In this document: positions 56,092 through 64,000 of the stretch, in pieces | Numbering within the stretch: position 1 is the stretch's first letter | Layout: every line of letters starts with the position of its first letter | Assembly (NCBI GenBank): GCA_000004985.1 | Contig: GG738847.1 | From: Naegleria gruberi | Taxonomy: Eukaryota | Length of the DNA stretch: 64,000 bases | Reading direction: 5' to 3' (one strand) | Translations under genes and position numbers: made by a program | The notes under the pieces: generated by a model | Databases searched by the model: none | Seen by the model: only the letters and a program-made list of their open reading frames with translations | What the model was told of the DNA's origin: nothing

Positions 56092-56666
56092 GTGTATGTG
56101 CCCCATTTACGTTATTTGTGAAAAGCATTTGGAAAGTCATTAATTTCCAAAATTTCCAAACTTTTGAATAGTAAATGGATCAGATATCAAGCTTGGCACT
56201 TGATTTGATTCAGAAAGTGAGTTATTCTTCTTTATCTTTGAAAGTTTCGGATTTTCAATTTCTGAAACTCTATACTGTTATCGTATTTTTGAATATTTCT
56301 ATTAAGTATTGCTCTGAAGTGCTTTCAGAGTTCAAAAATTGTTTTCTCAAACTCTTTCGAAGCAAGAAAACGGGTAGAAAAGGGCAGATCGCAATCAGCA
56401 ATTACGTGTTTCACAGTGACGATCAAGAACAACGTAAAATCCCTGGACAAGAACTGTTTGGAAATAACTGGATATGAGTGATGTATTAGTAAACTCGGAA
56501 GTGCCTTGGAAAATGTTAATATATTGTGGTTTTGGCAAGGTTGAACCAGTAGCAATGTTAATACGCCTTCTTTAAGAACAATATAACAATTCTTACTTAT
56601 TGGATCTTCTTCTTTCAAAGTGTAGAAGCTACACAACATCTTGTTTTAATTTATTGTATTTATTCT

Positions 56667-57809
56667 TTAGATTTTGAATTTTGCTGTTTTCAAAGAATTG
56701 TGGAATAGTCTGCTTTGAATTGGACCTCCCAAGAAATCAATATGTGATTGTAAAGTGAATTGTCCAGCTCTATATATGAAATTGGGTGACTTGTTGAGAA
56801 TAAGATTGCCTGCATCCATCTTTGGATCTGGATAATAATTGAATATTAAATAATTCATATCCTCAGTATTCTCAAAGTGATAGACAAATATTCTTCTTCC
56901 CATACTTTTTCTAATTTGTTCACCCGATCTGGCAACATTCCACACTCTTATATCTGTAAATTCACCCTTCATAGTTCCAGAATGAATATCAGAAGCGGCA
57001 GCAATCACTAGCTCCATATTATTCTTTTCAAAATCCAAATCTCCATCAGAAATAAATACCTTGTCAAATGCTTCTCCATTCACGTAAAATGTTGCATAAT
57101 TACTCTTCATATCATACACTCCAGCAACATGTGTCCATTCGTATGATTTGGTGAGATAGCATTGAGTTTGTTTAGATCCAACTCCAAATCTAATATCTAA
57201 CTTTGGAGAAATATATAATCCAATACCATGTTTCGAATCCTTATTTCTCAATACTAGAACACAATCATTTCCATGCACTGTATTCCATTCATATGGAATA
57301 TTTATCCATGCCTCAATGGTAATTCCCTCATTTTGAACCAAGACTGAATGAAAATCCTCATTCAAATCTTCAGATAAAATCCCATTCAAATTGCTAAATC
57401 TAGAACTAGCTTGAAAAGTGTAAAAATCCGAAGAGAAGAACAAATTTTTCATCTCCAACCAATTATTATTCATAAAGAAAATAACTTGTAAACAATTTAG
57501 GGATGAAATTTGATCCAGAGTTGTTTCCTTAGGAATTAACTTTCTTCTGCTTAATTGCTTCCAAACATAGGGCTTGAATTTTTCAATTTCATTCCACATC
57601 TCTCTGGTCATACTTTCTCCATCATTCCTTGTCTTTTCACTACTTTTAGCAATGATCTGCAATAACCATTCCGTAAAGGCAGATGAGTTTGGATCTCGAA
57701 AATGTGTCTCATAACATGATCGGGAAAACAACGTCATAGATTTGTAATCAGAGATGGGACAATAGCTTAACACGAGACCTAGGACATCCCCCGTTAAGTC
57801 GTCTAGCAT
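56667..57809 (-). CDS. F-box-like protein with C-terminal ConA-like/LamG-type domain
   Basis: N-terminus LDDLTGDVLGLVLSYCPISDYKSMTLFSRSCY is F-box-like. The C-terminal 200 aa has a LamG/pentraxin-like beta-sandwich pattern (WINIPYEWNTVHGNDCVLVLRN...YATFYVNGEAFDKV...GEFTDIRVWN). Confidence 0.5.
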   Translation of the reverse strand: MLDDLTGDVLGLVLSYCPISDYKSMTLFSRSCYETHFRDPNSSAFTEWLLQIIAKSSEKTRNDGESMTREMWNEIEKFKPYVWKQLSRRKLIPKETTLDQISSLNCLQVIFFMNNNWLEMKNLFFSSDFYTFQASSRFSNLNGILSEDLNEDFHSVLVQNEGITIEAWINIPYEWNTVHGNDCVLVLRNKDSKHGIGLYISPKLDIRFGVGSKQTQCYLTKSYEWTHVAGVYDMKSNYATFYVNGEAFDKVFISDGDLDFEKNNMELVIAAASDIHSGTMKGEFTDIRVWNVARSGEQIRKSMGRRIFVYHFENTEDMNYLIFNYYPDPKMDAGNLILNKSPNFIYRAGQFTLQSHIDFLGGPIQSRLFHNSLKTAKFKI

Positions 57810-57976
57810 TTTTTTTGTAATTTTTTTGTAAGTTTTGAGGAATAAGAACTTGTGATTTCTTTATAGGTAGGATTCCTTCTATCGGTTCAAATGTAAACTC
57901 TGGGGAAATGTTCGGAAACAAATGCTTGAAATTACTATTCTTAATATTATTAGTAAATATTCGTTATGAATGTGAA

Positions 57977-58049
57977 GGGGATGTAGCTCACATGGTAGAG
58001 CGCTTCTTTAGCATGGAAGAGGTACGGGGATCGATACCCCGCATCTCCA
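57977..58049 (+). tRNA. tRNA-Ala (anticodon AGC), second copy, 73 nt
   Basis: Identical to the 43194..43266 copy over all 73 nt. Shares the 5' flank TGAATGTGAAG and the 3' flank CTCAAT(T/A)TTTT. Confidence 0.9.
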
Positions 58050-58200
58050 CTCAATATTTTTAAATAACTTTAAATTTTTAAAAGCCTACACAAAATTAGG
58101 AAGAATAGGTCCCTATATAATATTCTCCACTCAAACCTTAAATATGATACAAAAACACATTTTACTATACTCAATGGCTGATCAAGATAAAATAAATTAG

Positions 58201-59118
58201 CTAAACAATAACCACAGTTTCTCCTGGAAAGACAGCCTCAATGTCATCGTTTCCATCAAAGGAACTTGTCTTATCTTCCAACACTTCTGCATAATGAGAA
58301 AAGGTCCCATGATGAACAACCAATGTTTTTCTCGCTTTCAATTTCTTATGCATTTCAATAATATTCTTTGAATTATTGGTAATTGAACCAATTACTCTAG
58401 TTGCAATAGCTCCAATAATTTTCTTCTTATCCATTGATGCTTCTCCTCCATTTGTTACAATAAAATCCAATGGATTTTCACTCAATTCCTTGTAATCATC
58501 TGAAATATTGTCCTCATTATAAATTGAATCACCAGTTGCATAAAATCTTGAATGATGATTGCCATTTGAGGATATTGATACCAAATAACCATTTCCATTT
58601 CCAACCATTGCTCCAATTTTTCTGCAACTTCCATGGAAAGCATTTACTGATCTCAATGTAATATCAAATCCATTAATTTCCAATTTTAAATCTTGAGCAG
58701 GTGACATCCAATGAACATTTCTATTTCCAAATGTCAAATCCTTTTGTTTCAGAACTTTTTTCATTAATCCCTCAACACTTGGATGAGCAATCACAATACT
58801 ATCCTTCTTTCCATTCAAAATTCGTTCCAATCCAAATGAGTCCAAGTGATCTTCATGTCCATGAGTTAACAGCCACAAATCAACATCCAATAAATCAGCA
58901 TCACCTTCCAGTGCAGGTTCTTGCATTCTAGTCGATTTAAAAAGTCCATAATTCTGCACATGTCCTTTTGGACACAACACTGGATCACACGCGATGATCA
59001 AGTCTTGTTTTCCTGTTGTTATTATCTTATATACAAATGTTGCTCCTCCAATGGATCGGAGAGTTGAAGTGCCCTCTGTTGCTGCTGTATTCTCAACGAG
59101 TATTTCAGCTTGTTGCAT
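58201..59118 (-). CDS. Metallo-beta-lactamase-fold hydrolase
   Basis: HxHxDH motif LLTHGHEDHLDS plus downstream His/Asp ligand candidates. 305-aa single exon. Confidence 0.7.
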   Translation of the reverse strand: MQQAEILVENTAATEGTSTLRSIGGATFVYKIITTGKQDLIIACDPVLCPKGHVQNYGLFKSTRMQEPALEGDADLLDVDLWLLTHGHEDHLDSFGLERILNGKKDSIVIAHPSVEGLMKKVLKQKDLTFGNRNVHWMSPAQDLKLEINGFDITLRSVNAFHGSCRKIGAMVGNGNGYLVSISSNGNHHSRFYATGDSIYNEDNISDDYKELSENPLDFIVTNGGEASMDKKKIIGAIATRVIGSITNNSKNIIEMHKKLKARKTLVVHHGTFSHYAEVLEDKTSSFDGNDDIEAVFPGETVVIV

Positions 59119-59464
59119 ATTCTAGATTTGTATTTATTTTTTTTGTTGTTGAGAGTTTGTTTTTTTGTTGTGAATACAATTTGAGTTAAAGCAACCCAGT
59201 TCATATATGCGTTTAAATTATTAATATAATATCCTTTTAAGCGAAATAGATATGAAATTGTACCATCTCGGAGATGTATATGTTTAAGGTTATCATTTCA
59301 ACTGCCACTGTTTAAATTGATTATTTTCTATTTTCTTTTGAAAAATTGTTAATACGCTATGAATTGGCCTCCACGTCGCTTCTTATTGTAAAAATTCATA
59401 ATTTGTCCGCTCAGTTACAGTCCAAAAGTAATCAACGGTTGTAGGACCGTTTTACTATTGGTCA

Positions 59465-61692
59465 TTAATTAATTGTTGATGAGCTAATATCGCAAACCAA
59501 TCTATGAGTTTGAGATGATGGAATTGAAAAGAAAGTAACACTCAATGGCAGTTCAGTATATGAATTTCCTTGCTTTTTTGGAGAATTTAAAATTGCCACT
59601 TTTGGAGAATAATCTGTTTCAATAAATGGTAATCCAAATATTTCTAATTCGATTTTGGAGGATAATTTGAATACTGGTAACCCTGATTCAATGTGATATA
59701 ATGAATCATGAGTCATTATAAAGCTTAATCGAACACCTTCCATCTCTCTAGATTGTATTTGAGAAAATTCTAATGGTCTTGGAGTAGAGATTGTAAACTG
59801 TGCAAGACTTTGTCTGTTGAATCTGGGCATTTGAGGAGTGAATGTAATTGCATCCGAATTATTGTTGTTATATGATAACTGATGATATGTTTGTCTAATA
59901 GAATTTACACTATATTTTACACATAGGAGTTGCAGATGTTCAGCTCGAGCACAATCATTGTCTGTGAATGGAACATGATTTGTTTCAATTTGTTGTTTGA
60001 TTTGATGTAAATAGGTCACAAAGGACTTGGTATCCATTGATTTATCTGTTTGTTCCTCGTTAGTGTATTTCCGTTTAACACCTGTAGTATATGGTAGTTT
60101 TACACATTCTTTCTTGAAATATTGAAATTTGAGTGATGAATATTTCATAATATACTCCATTACTGTTGTTCTTTTCGAATACACTCGTTGTTCACCAAAA
60201 AATCCTTCTAAAGATCTTGTGCCAAACACTTGAAGTTGTGGCTGGGTATTTGGTGGTATTAAGGGAATTAATTTTGAAATTGTTTCCAAGTTATGCTTAA
60301 TCGTTGCCTTGGAAAACGTTCCAAAAATAGTAAAATTATTATTCTTGTTGGTGCTATTTACATCACTAAAGATATCATCCCACCAATCAAGAAACTCTAA
60401 TGATTGAGAAAGAATTAATAACTTGAGTGAGAGAATTTTTTGATTTCTTTGTGACTTTGTGAATGTCATCGTACGTGAAAAATCATGAATAAGTTTCAAG
60501 TAAGAATATAGACCCAAATATTTGTTGTTAGTTTGTTGATTCAATTTTGCCAATTCATTAATTAACAAGGGAGAACACACTTGCCGCAATACATCTTCAG
60601 ATTGATCATCATAATTAATAAAAGCAGACCTTCTAATAATTTTGCACCAATATGATGGATTTGTTTGGTAAATTTCATCTAATGTCTTCAGCTCAAATTT
60701 TTGTAAGAGTGATTCTTCAATTGAAATGAAAAACACATTCTCAATACTTCTATTGTTAATTGTTAAATTTGGAATACTTGTTTGGTTGGGGTTGGAGCAG
60801 AGAAAAGTTAATGATAAATTATGCAAGGAATCATCAATAGTGTAAAAAAAAGATGAGCTTGCACCATTAACAGTAGTGGATTTCTTATTGGCCCAAGAAA
60901 CAACTATTTCATCATCTCCAAGATTGAATGCAAGATTAATTATAGCATCACTATATTTGTGAAATGAAAGTTTAAGTAGATGACTGTCCTCCAGTTGTTG
61001 ATGATAATGGAAGAGTGGAACGACCTGGTATTTCTTCCATTATATATCTCCTTTGATACTGATGGAAAGAGTTTTGGCTTTGTTTCAATAGCATTCCTCA
61101 AATTTTTACATAAATGAGAATAGCAAAAATGGTGAGGATATTCTGATGTTTGCCAATTAGCACCTCCTGCATCAGAAACAGTGCATGTTATTTGATTAGT
61201 ATACACATCCTTGAATTTTGTAATAACATGTTGAAGATCTTCACTTGTTTCAGACTTGCAAAACTTGAAATTGCCTGGAATTCTCAATTTTCCTTCAATA
61301 TAGAGTGTTTGGATAACCTTTTCGGCCAGAAAATTATTTTGAATAATATTATCATTAATTGTATGTGATTGTGTTATTGGAATAGGACCTTGAATAGCTC
61401 CAATTAATAATCCAGATTTACGATTAATACTTAAACTAGAGAAAAGATCCATTCCATCCACTTGCAAAATACCTAATGTAGTATTATCTATTCCAATGAT
61501 TTCACGTAGATGTGAGAAATCAGCTGCATCTAAAGAAGTATCACCATAGCCAACATTTGGGTGATGAAAATGATTATCAAGCGTAGAAGAACATGGAAGT
61601 ATTAAATTACAATAGTATGCAGATGTGTCAAATTTTTCTGAATTTCCAGTCATATATCCTCTTCCGATAGCTTCATAAAGATTATAACCCAT
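59465..61692 (-). CDS. Hypothetical large protein encoded by two overlapping ORFs (60940..61722 and 59465..61039 frames) separated by a frameshift; possible pseudogene or assembly indel
   Basis: ORF 60940..61722 (first ATG MGYNLYEAIG at 61692) and the frame of ORF 59465..60826 (open up to 61039) overlap by about 100 nt in different frames. The downstream ORF has no ATG near its start. No recognised domain and no reverse-transcriptase or transposase motif. Confidence 0.35.
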
Positions 61693-62118
61693 AGCTGCTA
61701 GCAAATCTTGACCATGATACACAAAATTATGAATATTGGGTCATGTTCAACAAGTACATGTTGTTGCACTACTCTGAAGGTCAAAGTTCTTGACAATAAT
61801 AATCTAGATTATGTTAATTATCCATGTGGTTGGTATACATGCCTGGGCGAAACCAGGAAATATTGGATTCATCCACAAGGTATTCCTTTGGAAGGGTCGG
61901 AAAGTACTTTTTATTTGACCAGCACAATGAATTATTGGAACGTGTTGAAATGAATGACAATACGTACATTATTTTCAAGTATTTGCACTTGTTTTTTCCA
62001 AACTACATTCAATACGACCAACGTTATCATCATCAAATCATGCAATCACCAAATCACAACACCATCACAATCATCACAACGGTGCCATCAAATAGCTTAA
62101 AAAAAAATCATCAAAAAT

Positions 62119-64000
62119 ATGAAACATACCTTCCTTCGTAAAATCAATAGATTGCAGTTATTTACTGCATCACCCAAAATCAACAGATCAATATTAAAAA
62201 TTAATAATTTAACTAATGATATTAACAAGTTTACAATTAATAGAGTGAATCAAACTAAAAACTATTCAAATACATTAAAACCAACAACAAATAATGTTGA
62301 AAATATTAAATTTAAAAATATTGGTGACCGAAATTTGTTGGTGCCATATTTTCCATATGGTGAATCAGATTTTGCTTCCATCAGAAGAAGTAAACAATTT
62401 TATGTTGATAAAACTAATTTAATTCCTCTATTAGAAGAAAGTGGAAAACAATTATTTTTTGTTCGTCCTCCGAGATGGGGAAAATCACTATTATTATCAA
62501 TGCTTTCATCATATTATGATGTTAACAAGAAAGATGAATTTGATGAATTATTTTCTGGTTTATGGATTGGTGATGAAAATAATTGGACACCTGGAAAGAA
62601 TCAATATTATGTTTTAAAGTTAGATTTTTCTATTCAAGTTGATGGTACTGCTGATGATATTAATCAACGACTTCACACAAAAATCAATACAACCATTGAA
62701 GGATTTTTGGAATGTTATGGTATGGGTGGTGAGGTTAGCATTAATCAAAATGATTCATTTGATACTTATCAAAAACTTATCCAACTTTTAGTCAAGAGAA
62801 AAGGCAAATTAATGGTATTAATTGATGAATATGATAGATTTGCAAACAAATTAATGTTTGAAAATCCTGAAAAATATCAATTAATAGTTGAAGGAAAGAG
62901 AGGAGATCCAACATCTTCACCAATTCGTTCTTTCTTTGAAAGATTGAAAGAGTCTTCCGCTACTGGTTTACAAGATTTTCGTAGTATCATCACTGGTATC
63001 ACTCCTATTGCTCTTGCTGATGCATCTGGATATAATGTTTCCAGTAATATTTCCTCTGATAAGATATTTGGTGGTTTGGTTGGTTTTACAGAAAATGATT
63101 TGAGAATGGCATTAAATAACATTGATATTATTGGAAATGATCAAGATATTACCATTTCAACCATGAAAAAGTATTATAAAGGTTATCATTTTCCTGGTTC
63201 AAAACATGCTCTATTCAACACAACTCTTTCAATGTTCTTTTTGAACAAACTTGTAAAAGATGAACCTTTCAGAAATGCTGTTCTACAAAAACAAGAAATT
63301 CCATTATCAATATTAACAGATACCAACACAATGATCAGTGAGAACGTTTTTGCAACTTTGGCATCATCAGTTGTATCGAATGATATTATTCAACAATTAC
63401 TTTCAAAAGATTATGTAGAAGTAACAGAGTCAATTTATCCTTCACTGAAATTAAGAGAGATTATTGATCCACCATCCAATGAAGAAGATATACAAAAGAT
63501 TCGTGATAATGCTTTATCATTCATGTATTATCATGGTATGATTACTTTCACAGAATCATCCTCAAAACAAATGAATCCAAAACAATTGTTAATTCCAAAT
63601 GAAATTGCAAAGGTTCAATATTTGGAACAGTTACGTAGACTTATATCTTTACGTGAAAGTGATATATCAACTTTTATTAATGAACCAACTCAAGATAATT
63701 TGAAAAAATTACTTTGGAGTATTTTAAGCAAGCAAGAAACAGTGTTTGACAATGATATGTCTGAAGGAGGTTTACAATCTTGTATTGAATCTGCATTGAG
63801 ATCATATTCTTTATATAGAAGCAAAGATTTTACTCTTAGAGCAGAAAAGGAATATACAAATTATCATATCAATGGAAAAGAATATACTGAATTAAGAGCT
63901 GACCTTGTTATTTCAACCGACAATGACATATTTATCATTGAATTGAAACATTTGAGACCAATGTATTTATCACAATATTCTACTATTAGAATTTGGAAAC
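62119..64000 (+). CDS. AAA-ATPase-like (PF09820-type) / PD-(D/E)XK nuclease-like (PF08011-type) family protein, 3' partial (runs off window)
   Basis: Open frame from ATG 62119 to the window end (over 620 codons). Absent from the ORF track because it has no stop. Contains YFPYGESDFASIRRSKQFYVDKTNLIPLLEESGKQLFFVRPPRWGKSLLLSMLSSYY, then VLIDEYDRF, and later TELRADLVI...IFIIELKH. Confidence 0.65.
   Translation, partial: MKHTFLRKINRLQLFTASPKINRSILKINNLTNDINKFTINRVNQTKNYSNTLKPTTNNVENIKFKNIGDRNLLVPYFPYGESDFASIRRSKQFYVDKTNLIPLLEESGKQLFFVRPPRWGKSLLLSMLSSYYDVNKKDEFDELFSGLWIGDENNWTPGKNQYYVLKLDFSIQVDGTADDINQRLHTKINTTIEGFLECYGMGGEVSINQNDSFDTYQKLIQLLVKRKGKLMVLIDEYDRFANKLMFENPEKYQLIVEGKRGDPTSSPIRSFFERLKESSATGLQDFRSIITGITPIALADASGYNVSSNISSDKIFGGLVGFTENDLRMALNNIDIIGNDQDITISTMKKYYKGYHFPGSKHALFNTTLSMFFLNKLVKDEPFRNAVLQKQEIPLSILTDTNTMISENVFATLASSVVSNDIIQQLLSKDYVEVTESIYPSLKLREIIDPPSNEEDIQKIRDNALSFMYYHGMITFTESSSKQMNPKQLLIPNEIAKVQYLEQLRRLISLRESDISTFINEPTQDNLKKLLWSILSKQETVFDNDMSEGGLQSCIESALRSYSLYRSKDFTLRAEKEYTNYHINGKEYTELRADLVISTDNDIFIIELKHLRPMYLSQYSTIRIWK

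Noticed and set aside
58201-62100. Possible tRNA-targeted retroelement downstream of the second tRNA-Ala
   Set aside because: I looked for reverse-transcriptase (YxDD), integrase or RNase H motifs and for terminal repeats in the ORFs and spacers of this block and saw none. The genes present are a cellular-type MBL hydrolase and unknown proteins.
61708-62141. Two + strand ORFs (61708..61953, 61824..62141) upstream of the AAA-ATPase-like gene
   Set aside because: They overlap the 5' end of the minus-strand split gene and the leader of the 62119 gene in other frames. Cys/Thr-rich or His-rich junk-like sequence.
1-64000. CRISPR arrays, rRNA genes, large tandem repeats
   Set aside because: No direct-repeat/spacer periodicity and no rRNA-like conserved blocks were seen. 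The only repeats are the two tRNA copies and trivial microsatellites (ggattggattggattga near 18940; ATACTATA x3 near 51590).

Overview
This window is AT-rich eukaryotic nuclear DNA, not prokaryotic. It is gene-dense (about 38 protein-coding genes in 64 kb, on both strands), with standard TAA/TGA stops. Introns are short (39-137 nt), with GTAAGT/GTATGT donors and (T/C)AG acceptors, and intergenic spacers are AT-rich. Coding sequence carries poly-Q/N/S/T tracts. The gene repertoire includes a TKL-type receptor kinase, two RGS-domain proteins, F-box fusions, NHL and RCC1 repeat proteins, an Spg1/Tem1-like GTPase, and a histone H3 with a 2-aa N-tail insertion. Together these point to an amoebozoan, most likely a dictyostelid-like social amoeba of moderate AT content; this attribution is inference only. 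Recognisable genes are MCM5, LSM2, a DNAJC17-like J-protein, a peroxisomal polyamine oxidase, asparagine synthetase, an ATP23 metalloprotease, GatA amidase, histone H3, UEV/Mms2 and an APC-type transporter. Two identical tRNA-Ala(AGC) genes with conserved flanks lie 14.8 kb apart. No rRNA, CRISPR array or clear transposon was seen. Several gene models (NHL-repeat gene, F-box/GTPase gene, a split unknown gene, the ATP23 5' end, a small 2-exon gene) show single-base frame discontinuities, some at short homopolymers; these look like assembly indels or pseudogenisation. The most unusual items are a secreted tandem beta-lactamase-like protein, a receptor kinase with a beta-helix ectodomain, an F-box plus Ras-like pseudo-GTPase fusion, a securin-like D-box protein, and a partial gene (absent from the ORF track because it runs off the window end) with an AAA-ATPase-like / PD-(D/E)XK nuclease-like architecture next to a tRNA gene.
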